Assembly: GCF_006345805.1 (NCBI RefSeq)
Contig: NC_043002.1
Span: 12,028,001 to 12,092,000, forward strand
Source: Octopus sinensis
Lineage: Eukaryota
Length of the DNA: 64,000 nucleotides
Direction of reading: 5' to 3'
Shown here: in pieces, positions 41,240 to 54,831 of the stretch
Layout of the letters: each line of letters starts with the position of its first letter
How positions within the stretch are numbered: position 1 is the first letter of the stretch
Position numbers and translations under genes: made by a program
The notes under the pieces: model-generated
The model's input: the letters and a program-made list of their open reading frames with translations, nothing else
What the model was told of the DNA's origin: nothing
The model's database searches: none

Positions 41240-41680
41240 ATTCGAGCCTACTCTAAGCTACTAAGAATGCGAGTGGCAACTTGAAGATCCACCCACCACA
41301 CGCGATAGACTGGCGGTTGCACGGACACGAAAGCGACGTTGTTATCCTCATTCCGTAAACGGTGGCTTTTAACGGGTGGAGAGCTGAACCATCCTGGGGG
41401 TACAGAGGATTCGCAATCTAGACTAGGGTCTGAAAGTTTACCACACCATAGTGGGTTACACCATGGTTCCTCTTCTTTGTAGCAGAAGTAGGAAGAAAGA
41501 GTGAGAGAAAGTTGTGGTGAAAGAGTACAGCGGGTTTCACCACCCACCTCCCCGCCGGAGCCTCATGGAGTTTAGGTGTTTTTGCTCAATAAACACTCAC
41601 AATGCTCGGTCTGGGAATCGAAACCGCGTTCGTACGACCGCGAGTCCGCTGCCCTAATCACTGGGACATTGCGCCTCCAC
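41240..41680 (-). mobile_element. SINE family D variant with a different 3' tail
   Basis: Same head and body as 40405-40688; 3' part 41240-41480 differs. Confidence 0.8.
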
Positions 41681-42404
41681 ATTTCGCTGTTGTTGTTCTC
41701 ATGAACTGTTGACCTTTCTATTCACCTGACGTAAGTGGTAACTGCGTCTGATAAGGAACACATTTACTTCATATACTGAGCGATAATCACGAAGAAGATG
41801 TGGCGAAATGGCTCAAATACTGTTCGAAATGACGACATTATCCTGGATTACTTTAAGTACCCTATAAAGGGATGGTACTTTAAGTACCCTATAAACGATT
41901 TGCGATAAAAAGCAGCTAAAACTACTCCAAGGCATTCTACCATCTCAGATGCAAAGGGCTACATGGAGAAGGGAGCACTTGATGCAATATAATGAGGAAC
42001 ATCGACATGGTTATGCTTGAACTGCAAGAAAAATTAGTGAGATTTTCTTTCAACCATAACTGACTTTGATAAAGTTTGAATACTGCAGCTTGCATACTAA
42101 ACCCTGATGAACTGTCTGGAAATTCCAAGGGATGGCTACGGCTGGAATATGGTTTTACAAATAAAGAGAAACGAATATATACCACTTATATTATTATCGT
42201 TCTCTCGAACGATACTAAAATAGCTGTGGTAAGTAGTTGCTCGAATAGTACTACTTGTTACAAGGAACTAAATTAACCTGGCTTGATATTACGAACATGT
42301 GCTTTCAAATGGATGAATGGGGGTCCCACGATGGTAGCAAATCGTCGTCAGAGACAGCAGCAAAAATGAAAACAAATCTTTTATCGTTTTTGTTTTTATC
42401 CTTT

Positions 42405-42586
42405 TTCTTGTTTCAGTCAATAGACTGCGACCATACTGGAGCATTACTGTGGAGAACTTTTAATCAAATGAATCGACCCCATTGCTTATTTGTTTTTTTT
42501 GTTTTCAAGTTTAATACTTATTAACCTAAGTTTCAAGGGCGTAAACACACCAGCACCGGTTGTCAATCCACAAAAGCACAAACACT

Positions 42587-42645
<59 letters not shown>

Positions 42646-42845
42646 TACACACACACACACATTATATATATATGCGAATATATTTACGACAGGTTTCTTT
42701 CAGTTTCCGTCTGCTCAATCCACCCACAAAGCTATGTTCGGCCCGAGACTATAGATGAAGGCGCTTGCTCAAGATACCATGCGGTGGGACCGCACTCGGA
42801 ATCATGTTGTTCGTAAGTAATCTTCTTACTCCACAGCCGCACCTC
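42405..42845 (-). mobile_element. SINE family A, diverged
   Basis: cagtcaatagactgcgaccatactggagc ... ttcagtttccgtctg ... cacagccgcacc. Confidence 0.8.
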
Positions 42846-44329
42846 TTCATCGCCCATTATCAGCGGAGAAAACGCAAAGGAAGGGCAAAGAATTAACACT
42901 CAGCTCATTTACGACAAAAACAGCTAGAAAGTAAGAAACGACTAACATTTCAACTACAGCAACAAGAACAACATTGTAATACGTAACCAAACTGATGGGA
43001 GCGCCCTCCCACACATACACACAAATGGAAAACAAATGTATTTTAACAAGTTCAGCACCAGGCATATACAACCGGAAGTAACATCAGCCGTGTGAACAAT
43101 TGGGAAACTACAACGATAACAACAGTAATAGCAACAAAACGAATAAAACTAGCTCACCTCCCTTTAAAAATACACTCAGATGTCTTTAGCGTGGTAAATA
43201 GAGAGAACATTTTTGAGGAATTACATATCAAGACGCAATGGTAGAATAGAAACAGAAGAAGGTGTTTTTTTTTTAAAGAATTTGTTTTCTGAATTCCTAA
43301 AGACACACAACTACTGAAGACGCTTTACACACGCTAATATACAACCTCGGAAAAATTCCTTGTGAACTAATGTCATTTAAGAAGAAGTAAGGATCCCTCA
43401 CGAGCCATATGAGCTCATAGCACTGGTTTGTCGGTTCCCATGGCCTATGTATCCCCTGGCACACTGGTCGAGACACCGTCCGTAATGTCATTTGGTGAAG
43501 GTTTCCATGTAACATATTTCCTGAAGAGAATACCATTCTCTATGATATGTAACTCAACCTGTTTCTTCATCTTCCACAAATCAGTATCGTCGTACTTTCA
43601 GTAGGGTTTCTAAATGTACGTGATCTTAAGTCGACCTGGAAAGGGGATTACTTGATTAATAATCTTTAGGTATAAATGTGGGAGACATCGTCGACAAGGA
43701 ATTTTAGGACCAAACGATTCTGCACCAATTTTTGACTACCACGAGGTGTATGCATCTTTTAATTGTTGTAAACTGAGTAGCGGGATGGTAGGTTGGTTTT
43801 GAAAGACTTTGAATCATTGGTTACGAGCGTGCTTCCTGGACCGAGATACTAAATTATTGATTTCGACATGAAAAGAAGTGTAATTGGTACTTTCAGACAG
43901 GTAGGTGTCTGCGTCGCGGGAAAGGGGTTCAGATTTCTTCTCAGGCGTCTGGAAGCTTTGTTGGAAAAGTCTTTAGTGCGATTTGGAGGCTGATATAACA
44001 TTTTGCACTCATGCTGAGATTTTTCCAACTGTGTGAGTTACCAATTCTTCGAAAGCACCACTGTAGACATGGCACAGAGTCCTCAGGTAGTCTCGATTCT
44101 ATGTAGATGGTATGCAGGGTATTTTCAGGTGTGGAGATTGGTAGAGTATAGGGTGTGCATGATTTCAATCAGTTCCTACACAGACATACACATTTGTAAT
44201 CATAATGCTCCGTGTATGTATAATTTAAAGAAAGGTCGCCGGTTGCTGGAACCCGAGTCACCCTTCGCACCCGAAAGCGACCTGATGTGTTAATTAAGCG
44301 CAGTGGGGTAGAAAGGGAAAATTGTCGTC

Positions 44330-45600
44330 AAAACGTGGTGATATAATCCTAAAAGAAGATTAGCGTAGCATAGAAGTAATGACACACAAGGATAGATTAG
44401 TGAGAAAGTATGCAAGCAAATTAGAAGTAGCGATTAGGAAAGTCATCCAAACGAACAAGAACGGCGTGAATTACTATGAAATATTAACGTCTGAGAGAAA
44501 CCTGGATGTTATGTTGTCAAGACTAAGGCGAAAGCTTAAAATACAGCGGAACAAACATCGTTCGACAGATGCGACTAGCGGTAAAATGATGTGGTAACGA
44601 TGACAATTTTTTATCTATGAGGAACCGAGATGGACATATTCTATTCGGTTCCAAACAAATAAGTGTAGATATTCATTCTCAGCTTGCTCAGTTTTTCCTC
44701 GAAGACAGCGGGTGATTATGGGAAGGCATTTTAAAGCTTCCTTTGAAAGCCTGCTTTGGCTCATGACAAAAGTTGAAGATTTCTGAGAAAATCCGATAAC
44801 ATCAGCTGAAATATGAATAATGGTAAGTGGTTTTATAAGGCGGCGAGCTGGCAGAAACGTTACCACGCCGGACGAAATGCGTAGCCGTATTTCATCTGCC
44901 GTTACGTTCTGAGTTCAAATTCCGCCGAGGTCGACTTTACAAGGCGGCGAGCTGGCAGAAACGTTACCACGCCGGGCGAAATGCTTAGCCGTATTTCGTC
45001 CGCCGTTACGTTCTGAGTTCAAATTCCGCCGAAATCGACTTTGCCTTTCATCCTTTCGGGGTCGATAAATCAAGTACCAGTTACGCACTGGGGTCGATAT
45101 AATCGACTTAATCCCTTTGTCTGTCCTTGTTTATCCTTTCTGTGTTTAGCCCCTTGTGGGTAATAAAGAAATAGGTAAGTGGTTTTATAAGTTGAAAACA
45201 GTCCAGCTTCGATGGTTTGCCAAATGAACTTTGCGCGTATATACACGACATATTTGTCAGTGTCTTGGTAGAGATGCATAGGAACTGGCAGCAGCATGAG
45301 AGTGTATCCAGATTTGTGATCTGCAGGGTGGTAGTTCTGCCGAGGAGAGATGCGAAGAAGGCGGAGGATGATTTGATAAATCCTTTCTCGAACCTCAGTT
45401 GAATGAACAATTTAAGATTTTGATCAAAATGGTAGAAAAGAAATTTGCATTTATCATCAGTTTTGTAGTTGATAAAGCACTGATCAGCGGAATCAAAAGC
45501 ATATCTATCTATGATATCGTTCACCTCATGATAAACCTGTATTGATCAAAGTGGATGAATCGATCATTTGTTATACGATCGACAACGCTTACTTCGTACA
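44330..45600 (+). mobile_element. Highly decayed L1/Tx1-like RT region split by a SINE
   Basis: KLEVAIRK, SMRNRDGHILFGSKQI, FDGLPNELCAYIHDIFVSVLVEMHRNWQQ, IYDIVHLM, IDQS...IDH; colinear with 51690-52560. Confidence 0.7.
44838..45175 (+). mobile_element. SINE family B with duplicated head and 18-bp TSD
   Basis: ggtaagtggttttataag at 44822-44839 and 45174-45191. Confidence 0.92.
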
Positions 45601-45960
45601 TCTGCAGAAAACAGGTTTTGATCGCGTTTCAAGTGGCCGCATCGCTTTATTTTCTCAGTTTAAATTTCAACATATCGCAAACCATCTTGAATTATAACTT
45701 CGACCCCCAAATTTGTTCCCATTCTATATAGTGACTCAGAAGTCACTGCAGGCGGCACCTGGAGGTGTTGTAGGGACATCTAGTTCGAGATTGGATTGAT
45801 AAAATTAGTGAAGTCGCGGACCTTATTTAATCAACTCAGTCGTCCATCTAAATTTATGATGTAGTGTTTATCATTCATCCTTTGTTTTATTGATTGAACA
45901 GAGGTCAAGCTGGAGCACTATCTTGAAAAGATTTCGCTGATCAAATAGCTCCAATTCTTC

Positions 45961-46111
45961 TATTGTTTTACTCGTTTCAGTCACTTGATTGTGGCCATGC
46001 TGGAGCACCGCCTTTAGTCGAATAGATGAACCCCAGGACTTATTCTTTGTAAGTATAGTACTTATTCTATCGGTATTTTTTTGTTGAGTTACGGTGTCAA
46101 GCGATGGTGGG

Positions 46112-46167
<56 letters not shown>

Positions 46168-46329
46168 ATATACAACGGGCTTCTTTCAGTTTCCGTCTAC
46201 CAAATCCACTGACAAGGCTTTGGTTGGCCCGAGGCTATAGAAGACACTTGCCCAAGGTGCCGTTCAGTGGTACTGAACCCGGTGCCATGTGAACCATGGG
46301 AAACAAGCGTTTTACCACACAGCCACGCC
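45961..46329 (-). mobile_element. SINE family A with internal deletion
   Basis: Reverse-complement match to 46548-46977. Confidence 0.88.
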
Positions 46330-46378
46330 ATATATACTCTTCTGAAGTCTAGCACATATTGATGTCACAGTTCTATAT

Positions 46379-46707
46379 TTAAGAGATGAGGAATTATGTA
46401 CATTATTTACAACACTTACATTTGATGGATATTTGTCCTCATTTTGTTTGTTGTTAACACAACGTTTCAGGTGATATACCCTCCAGCCTTCATAATGTTT
46501 CAAATTTCCCCAGGACACCTGATGATGGCTGGAGGGTATATCAGCCGGTAGGAATGGCTATGTGGTATGTGGCTTGCTTACGAACCACATGGTTCCGGGT
46601 TCAGTCCCACTGCGTGGCACCTTCGGCAAGTGTCTTCTACTATAGCCTCGGGCCGACCAAAGCCTTGTGAGTGGATTTGGTAAACGGAAACTGAAAGAAG
46701 CCCGTCG

Positions 46708-46758
<51 letters not shown>

Positions 46759-47040
46759 GTATGTATGTGTGTATGTTTGTGTGTCTGTGTTTGTCACCCA
46801 ACATCGCTTGACAACCGATGCTGGTGTGTTTACGTCCCCGTAACTTAGCGGTTCGGCAAAAGAAACCAATAGAATAAGTACTAGGCTTGCAAAGAATAAG
46901 TCCTAGGGTCGATTTGCTCGACTAAAAGCGGTGCTCCAGCATGGCCACAGTCAAATGACTGAAACAAGTAAAAGAGTAACAAACAAGATGAGGACAAATA
47001 TCCGTCAAATGTAAAGAATGTAAATAATGTACATATTGAT
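46379..47040. mobile_element. Head-to-head fold-back of the hammerhead-bearing tail seen at 33.2 kb, interrupted by a SINE
   Basis: Minus arm 46379-46493; plus arm 46500-46547 resuming at 46978-47040. Confidence 0.8.
46548..46977 (+). mobile_element. SINE family A, full length
   Basis: gtaggaatggctatgtggt...ggttcagtcccactgcg...(TA)n(TG)n...gactgaaacaagtaaaagagt. Confidence 0.93.
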
Positions 47041-47074
47041 GTCTTTGCGAACTGCTTCCACACAATCTCAGTCT

Positions 47075-47190
47075 ACCAAATTCCCTCACACGGCGATAAA
47101 AGGAGACAATTGCTGTAGATGTTGCGCAGTGGGACTGAACTCACGAAGGTGTGGTTGCAAAGGTTAACCACACAGCTGTGTTTGCGCGTA
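47075..47190 (-). mobile_element. SINE family A, decayed 5' half
   Basis: cagtctaccaaattcc...gcagtgggactgaactc...ttaaccacacagc. Confidence 0.65.
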
Positions 47191-47323
47191 CGTAAGACAA
47201 TTATTGTTTTTCTTCTCCATACAACCTGATACCAAAAAAAAAATTCTCCAAAACTATGTACCTAAGCACACTCACACACACAAGCACAAATACAAACACA
47301 CACACACACACAAATACAAACAC

Positions 47324-47355
<32 letters not shown>

Positions 47356-47479
47356 TACAAACACACACACACACACAAAAAAAAGCCCACACACGTGCAA
47401 TGTCGAAGGTCAAGTCATGTATGTATTTGTTGCATATATATAACGATAGTGTTTGTATGTGTGCGTGTGTTTGTGAGAA

Positions 47480-47523
<44 letters not shown>

Positions 47524-48334
47524 AGAGAGACAGACAGACAGACAGAAGAGAGAAGGAAGAGAGAAAGGGACAAAGAAGAGAGAGAGACAGAGACAGACAG
47601 ACAGAGAGACAGAGAGGAAGAAATTGGAGAGATAGAGAGGTACAAGGAAGTATATTTTAAAGCCATTTACTGACTTTCTACTTTTCCATTCTAATATTTC
47701 CAGGAAGAATCCTTGAGTCTTTTTAGGAAAGTTATCTGTGAATATCTCTGAGAGTTTTTTTGTTCTTTTTTTTGTTTTTTTAACTTCATCTATTTTATCT
47801 GCTAACTTTATCTTCCTACACTATCAACAGATTCCACTATTGCACTCCAAATCAATATTTTATATCTTACTTTTTGCTCTCTTTTTATTATTTCTCACCA
47901 ACCCTCTTTCTCTTCGTCTCTCATCACTCCCCCCTCTCGTTCTCCCTCGGTGCCTCTCACTCACACTACCACTCACTCTTTCTCTTACGCTTATAGCCAC
48001 TTTCTTATTCTTTTCTACCTGTTCGTATCAATCAGTCTTGTTTTCTTTTGTATTTGTTTTTGTTTTATTTATACCATTCAAAACTTCATTTCTTTCACCT
48101 CTCAACAAGTCACCATATCTGCGCACTCGTATCCATTTTTATACCTCATTTTCTTTACTTCCTCATCTTCGTCTATGCATCACTTCCACTCTGTCTGTCT
48201 GTTTGTCTCTCCCCCTTTTCCTCCATAGTTTACCTCCGTATATTTGTCCTTGTTCATTTTTATTTACACCAAACTTACCAATTCTTTCCCTCTGTCTGCT
48301 TATCTCCCTATCTATCTATCTATCTATCTATCTG

Positions 48335-48396
<62 letters not shown>

Positions 48397-48831
48397 ATCT
48401 ATCTCTCGACATGGACGGACGCTAGTCAAATGGGCTCCACGTAAGTTGGTCATTTTGTACGTTGAAAATTGTTTATTGTGAAATATTTTGTGTTTAAAAG
48501 TTGTGCAACAACATCCACTGCAACCTTGATTAATATCTACACAAAATTTTGCCCCTTGTGGGCAAATTTAAAAGAAAAAATTCTCATAGCCTTCGTGGTT
48601 TCATTTAGCCTTTTATTTCCAAAATGGCCACTGGTCACCACGAGGCTGAGGTGCAAGTCAAGCGTGACGCAGAGGCAGAAAAACAGGATGCTCTGTTACC
48701 TTACGCTGAACTGAAACTCCGCCACCATCAACATCGACAACAGCAACAAATACAAAACAAAGGTCGCAAGGCCAAGCACCGCAACACCCATCAGTGAGTC
48801 CACCACCACCACCAACACCGACAACAACACC

Positions 48832-50622
48832 ATGGCAGAATCTGCTACTAAAACTGCTATCCCTACTAAAGACGTCGCCACCAATAACAATACCAACATC
48901 ACCGCCACACAAAGACCGTGCCGTCAATGCTACTAATACTACTAACACCACCGCCGTCACCAAGAACAAACAACAACACAACAACAACAACAACGACGAC
49001 GACGACAACAACAATTCCCTTCAACCACTGCTCACGCCACTCCATCACCAAAGTGAAAAAATAACGACGACAAGCAAACGAAATGCCGAAATTTGCGCTA
49101 ATGCAGGACTAAATTACGCAGGCAATTTTCCACCCCTTGCTAGTTGCATAATCAGCACCACAAACCTACACAACCACACCCCTGCCATCAACACCAACAC
49201 CACCGGCAGTAACAACAATAACAAAACAACAACAAACTTCGCCGAGGCGATAAAAGAAAAGGTAACAAAAGTTTCGTTTACTACACAACAGATTAAAGAT
49301 TGCAGAAACCTTATAAAATGAAAACGGAAAAATACTCTTACACATACCTCAGCACATACTGAATGAGGAGAAAAAAAAGACAATTGTATATAAAATCACA
49401 AATAAAAAAAACAAAAAGTCCAGAAAAGGCAAGCACAGACAAAGTCGAAAAGTGCTTACGCCCATCTGGGGATACAAGGATTGTGTGACTTGGGCGAACA
49501 AGTTCCACACGTACAGGTGGTTTTTCAGAATGAAGAGTTGGCGAAGAAATTCTCACGATAACCCTTCATTCTGATGAACTAACGTTGACACACGAGTTAC
49601 CTCGGCCAGAAGGTGACGAAAGTCATTATCAGTGGTGTCCCCCAAGTGACTACAACACTGTGGATTACATCCGCCTTAACATCCGAAATGGAGGACATAA
49701 CATCCTAGATATCGGTGTTTCGGAAAACAAGGACTGGCTGGGAAAGAGAATAGAGTTCCTCTTCCACATAAGTCAAGAGGACATAAATAAAATCCCCACC
49801 CACGTACATCTTGAGGATGGCCGCAAGTTATACTTAGTAGTCGAGGGCAGAAGGCCACGATGCATACATGTGGCAGCGAGGCACACCTCAAAAAGGAGTG
49901 CAAATCTGCCGCAAAATTACAACAACAACAACAGCCACAGGAAAAATCACAAAAGCCAGGATTATTGCCCACACCACAATATGGACAGCTAGTCAAGAAG
50001 CTGTATGCGGAAATGCAGGAAAAAAACAAAGTACAAGCCAACCCAACCAAACAACACCAACACCAGCGCCAAGACAGAATCATCACCACCAACAACAAAT
50101 AAACCAATTCCAACACCAGAATAACAACGAAGAAGACAAGCACACCAAGGATGTAGGAGAGACAATAACCACAACAAACCCCCAGCAACACCCTCCCCGC
50201 GCACCACAACAATATCTACAACCGCACAAACACAACCAGACGCTTTACCCTTGCCCCTGCTGATTCGTCAGACTTTTCATCTACGATGAAAGTTCGACAG
50301 AATGGCAATAGCCACAGGGGTAAAAGAAAAAGATCAAGAAAAACCAAACAAGAAATCGCAACCAAAGCAGGGAGATACCTGAACCCTGAAACTCCATACA
50401 CAACAAAACAAGCACCAACCCACACACAAAACAATGCTATCAGCGATAGACACAAAAGACTCCAAACTAATGGAGTACATCACAGGATACACAAACATTT
50501 GTGAAGATGACTTTAAAAATAGCAATCATCCACGCACTACACCACCCAAACACATCAAAATACTACCATCACACAAACAACACCACCAAACCAAACTCAA
50601 AGCCCTCTTCCCAAATGCGTAG
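48832..50622 (+). pseudogene. LINE ORF1 (N/T/Q-rich N-terminus, CCHC zinc knuckle), frameshifted
   Basis: MAESATKT start; GRRPRC then (C)HTCGSEAHLKKEC across a frameshift at ~49860. End uncertain. Confidence 0.7.
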
Positions 50623-50772
50623 GGGGTTTCCAGAAATATCTGTCCCAAAAACTATATAGAAACCTCCTCGAAGACACATCAAAGAACGAGGAAGCCAAAA
50701 CTTTCGACACAAGTAAGTAACTCTCTGTACTTTCATTTGTTTTTTAAAGCAACACCACACCCCCATAGAATC

Positions 50773-53700
50773 ATGGTCAAGATTGGTTGTGTGAATGCGC
50801 GTGGCTTGGGGTCTCCTTGGAAACAAGGATACCTCCTAAATGACATCAAGTCACATGATTTGGGAATCATAGCCATAAGTGAGACCAGGACTCCACGAGC
50901 CACGGGCCCTAAAGTCCATGTTTGGCGGACAGTTTAACATTTATTTCGCTCCCTGTCTGCCGAGGATGGGCGGTAGTGGCACCGCGGTACTTTTTCACAA
51001 GAGCCTGGATCTCGAAGTCAAGACGATATTCGTAGACCCGAGGGTAGACTGTCGTTCTGGATTTTTGACCGGCAGCAATGGGTGCGCTTTTCGACTCGTA
51101 TCAGTCTACGCACCGCCCTTAACAGGTCGGGCGGATTTCTTTCGACGTCTAGAAGTATTCTTGGGAACGTCTCGTCCTTTACTCTTAGTGGGGGATTGGA
51201 ATGCTACCTTGGACACGCATGTAGACTACGTGGTAGAGACAGAAACAGAAGGGGATGCAAATGCCTCAGAGACCTGCTCAGACGATTCCAACTGTCTGAC
51301 AGGTACCGACTCGACCACCCCAATGCACCAACGTGGACATGGAGCAAACCGCAGTGGGTCGTCGAGATCGTATCTAGATAGGATACTGTGTAGGACAGTA
51401 GACAAGGATAACTTAGGATGTCCACAATTCCACACAGTCAGCTACACGGATCACAAATTGGTGACGCGTACGCTAGACTTAGATAAGGCACATAGACAGG
51501 GTCCTGGGTACTGGAACTGAACGCATCATTCCCGTCCAGACAAGTTTCAGAGACCGGATTAGCACACTAGTAAAGAGGGCTTTGACGAGAGCCATCATCA
51601 ACAACAAATGGTGGTTTGCCCTCAAGAGAGCAGTAAAGCAGAAGCGATTAGGTACAGCAAAGCACTAGCCATAGATAGAAATAGAGTAGAGGTGTGAGCT
51701 AGTTAAGAAGCTAGAAGAGGCAATTAGAAGCGGCATCGCATCCGACGTTTTGGCGGCGAGGTTGGCCTCGACCAACACTTCAACGCCAAACACGAAGGAT
51801 GTGCTGTCAGAGCTAGGATGCGTGCTCTAAGGAACGAAGGTGTTGGAGCCGCGAGAGAGGCCCGGGTGGCAGAGGCGCAACAGGGCAACAAAGCCACCAT
51901 TCGGTCACTGGTAGATGAACAGGGGCGCGAATTGCTCGAGCCAAGTAAAATGTGTGAGGCCTTTCAGCAGCATTTTGCCCGACTGTTCGGGACGAGTGGA
52001 GGGCAAGACGTAGGGTAGACTTCAGTGCCTACCTACATAGCCTGCCACGACACTCGACAAGAAAGGCAGGGTGCTGCGAAGGTGCCATCGCGGCGGCGAA
52101 GTGCGGGAAGCGATGGCAGAATGCTCGAGGGACAAATCACCGGGTTTGGATGGTCTACCCTACGAATTTAACTATTGTATGCCAGACTTGTTTGGAGACG
52201 TCTTGGCAGCGGTATACTGCAACTGGCAGCAAAACGGGAGCATACCCGGTTTGTGAGTCGAGGAGCTGTAACTCTGCTGAAGAAAGATCCAAACAAGGAA
52301 ACATTATAGATAACTTAGGCCAATCACTCTGCTCAATGCAGACCTGAAAATTTTGACAAAGGTTTTAGCCAAGAGGTTGGCGCTTGTCATGGAGAAACTG
52401 GTCGACAACGCACAAACGTGCGCGTGCCGGGCCGGACCATCCATGACAACCTCCATCTGATGCGCTACATCATAGACAGGGTTTAACGAACCTGGCATGG
52501 GTGGGGCCCTGATCAACTTGGATCAATCGAAAGCCTTTGATAGGGTAGACCATCGATACTTGGAGGCAGTCCTGAGAGCGGCTGGTTTCGGTCCCGTCTT
52601 CCGCGGCTGGATAGCTGCCTTGTACAGGGGCATCCGTTCGGTAATTCGCGTAAATGGACATCTATCGAGACCCTTCTATACGTATTGACTCTTGAGCCAC
52701 TACTGCGGAAGCTGGCGACTCTAAGGGGCATCCCGCGAGAATTAGGATGCGGGACGAGCGTGTCTGCATACGCGGACGACGTCACCGTCATAGTTTCAAG
52801 CCACGAGCACATCGAGCGGGTCGGCGAGACACTGAAAGACTACGAAGCGGTGACAGGAGCAAAAATCAACCGGGAAAAGTCATGGGGCTTGCGGCTCGGC
52901 ACCTGGAGAGCAAGCCCATGGCGTCCACCAGTACCTCCGTCGTGGGACGCTGGACAGAAGGCCCGGTTGAGTTGCTCGGGGTCTGGTTCGGTCCGGACCT
53001 CCAAATGGAGAAGAACTGGAACGAGATAACGAGTAGGGTGGTCACTCTCGCCCAGCATGGGCCGAGAGGAAACTGTCCCTAAAAGGTCGGGCGGAGGTGG
53101 TGAACGCGTACAAATCGCGTCCATCATCTACTACCGCCTGACCGTCGTACTTGTCCCCGACCCTACCATCACCAAACTAGAACGCATCCTCTTTCCGCTT
53201 CTTTGGGGAAAGGATGCGTCCCGATGGTCAGGCGATCCATTTGCTGTCAACACCCGTTAAAAGGAGGGCTGGGCATGCCGTGGTTGATGATGCGCAGACA
53301 CGCGCTGAGACTGCGACATCTCCGGCTCTATGTAGACGACGGTGAACAGGTGTGGTCGCCGTTTGTGAGGCACGCATTCCCGCAACTCGTCTCCATGACC
53401 GAACTACAGTCGTGGATCAAAAAGAGGCCGAAGAAGGGCGAATGGCACCGCGAGTGTCGCGTTGCTCTCAAGCAACTCTGCCGTCCCGGGTCGACCTTGA
53501 GTGACTTCAACACAACCAAAGCATTCTATAGGGGATTAGTGGAGGGGAGGTACGACGACGAGCTCGGGGCAAACCTGGGCGTCGACGAGGAATACCTGAC
53601 CCGCCTGTTTCAAACGACTTTCGGCCCGGGACCTATGGACAACTTCCAGAGATCCCTGGCCTGGCGGTGCTACCGAGAAGCGCTACCCGTTCGGGATAGC

Positions 53701-54157
53701 TCTATAGGCATGGCTCGAGAAACACGGGGCCGACCTGCCCGAGATGCGGGCAGAGCGACGAAACCGCTCTGCACGCAATCGTGCAGTGTCCAGCAATTTC
53801 CCACCTGTGGGCTTTATGTCGAACTACTGCTGTCACGTGTGGGACGTGTCGGTTTATCAGCCGAGTCTATCGTTAATATCGTCACGCCTCCTTCCTTCAA
53901 ACGGGAAGGAAGAGCTATTTTTTTATCATACTTGTGGCTATGGCGAAAGAATGTATCTGGTGGACGTTCTGAAAGGATTAGAGACAAACACTTTCCTCTC
54001 TGGTCAATCTCTCATCAACTTCTTCAAGTATCACTTGAAGAAAAAAGTGAGAGTAGAGAGGCAAGTTTTTGTCTAGTGAAGGTTTTAAAAAAGATGGGTG
54101 AATGTAGCAAGGATGGCACGTATGAATGACGAAGCCACCTTGACTATGATTCTATGA
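50773..54157 (+). pseudogene. LINE ORF2 (AP endonuclease + RT + C-terminal Cys motif), many frameshifts
   Basis: MVKIGCVNARGL, AISET, VGDWNA, YLDRI, TDH, KSPGLDGLPYEF, LDQSKAFDRVDH, AYADDV, KGGLG. Confidence 0.92.
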
Positions 54158-54574
54158 ACCGTAAAAATTAATACAGAGAGTTGCTTTTTTGCAAAAAAAA
54201 AAAAAAGGAATATAACATGTGACTTCATTGACCGAGGTTACCGTGGTCTTTTCCGTAGGCTTTTCTTTCCACGGGTAAACCTCACCTGTCCTCCCCTTTA
54301 CACTTCATATTGACATTTCTGTGATAACGATCCCTATTGATCATTTTTTTCCTCTCCCCCTTTTTATTTAACCCCCCCCCCCCTTTTTTGTCCTCTTCTC
54401 TCCTTTACGATCCCTTTTGATCGACCCCCCTTTTTTATTTTATTTTATTTGTTATTTTATTATTCTTTATTTTTAATTTTTTTTTTAAAATTTTTTTTTA
54501 AATCTTCAAAAGAAAAGCTCTACCTTGTAATTTGTTCTATCTGTGTGCAGCCCTGTGTGGCTAATAAAGAAACA

Positions 54575-54575
<1 letters not shown>

Positions 54576-54624
<49 letters not shown>

Positions 54625-54730
54625 CTCACCTATTTATCTATCTATCTGTCTATCTATCTATCTATCTATCCTTCTATCTATCTATCTATCTATCCTTCTA
54701 TCTATCTATCTATCTATCTATGTATCGATC
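54576..54730. repeat. (TATC)n microsatellite directly after LINE 3' end
   Basis: Direct reading. Confidence 0.95.
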
Positions 54731-54792
54731 TATTTATCTATACACACAAACTCAAAAACACATATTCACATATATCATCATCATTATCCTCG

Positions 54793-54831
<39 letters not shown>

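Larger units (their letters stand above)
48407..54575 (+). mobile_element. Near full-length L1/Tx1-like LINE (inactivated)
   Basis: ORF1, APE-RT ORF2, pyrimidine-rich 3' UTR, AATAAA at 54563-54568; (TATC)n on both sides. The 5' boundary is inferred. Confidence 0.88.

Noticed and set aside
43300-44160. Possible very old PLE RT on the minus strand (AMGT ... FPRLYI)
   Set aside because: Requires several frameshifts and the motif spacing is inconsistent; needs a profile search.
47738-48481. 247-aa F/L/S-rich ORF
   Set aside because: Pyrimidine-rich low complexity plus (TATC)n, mimicking transmembrane segments.
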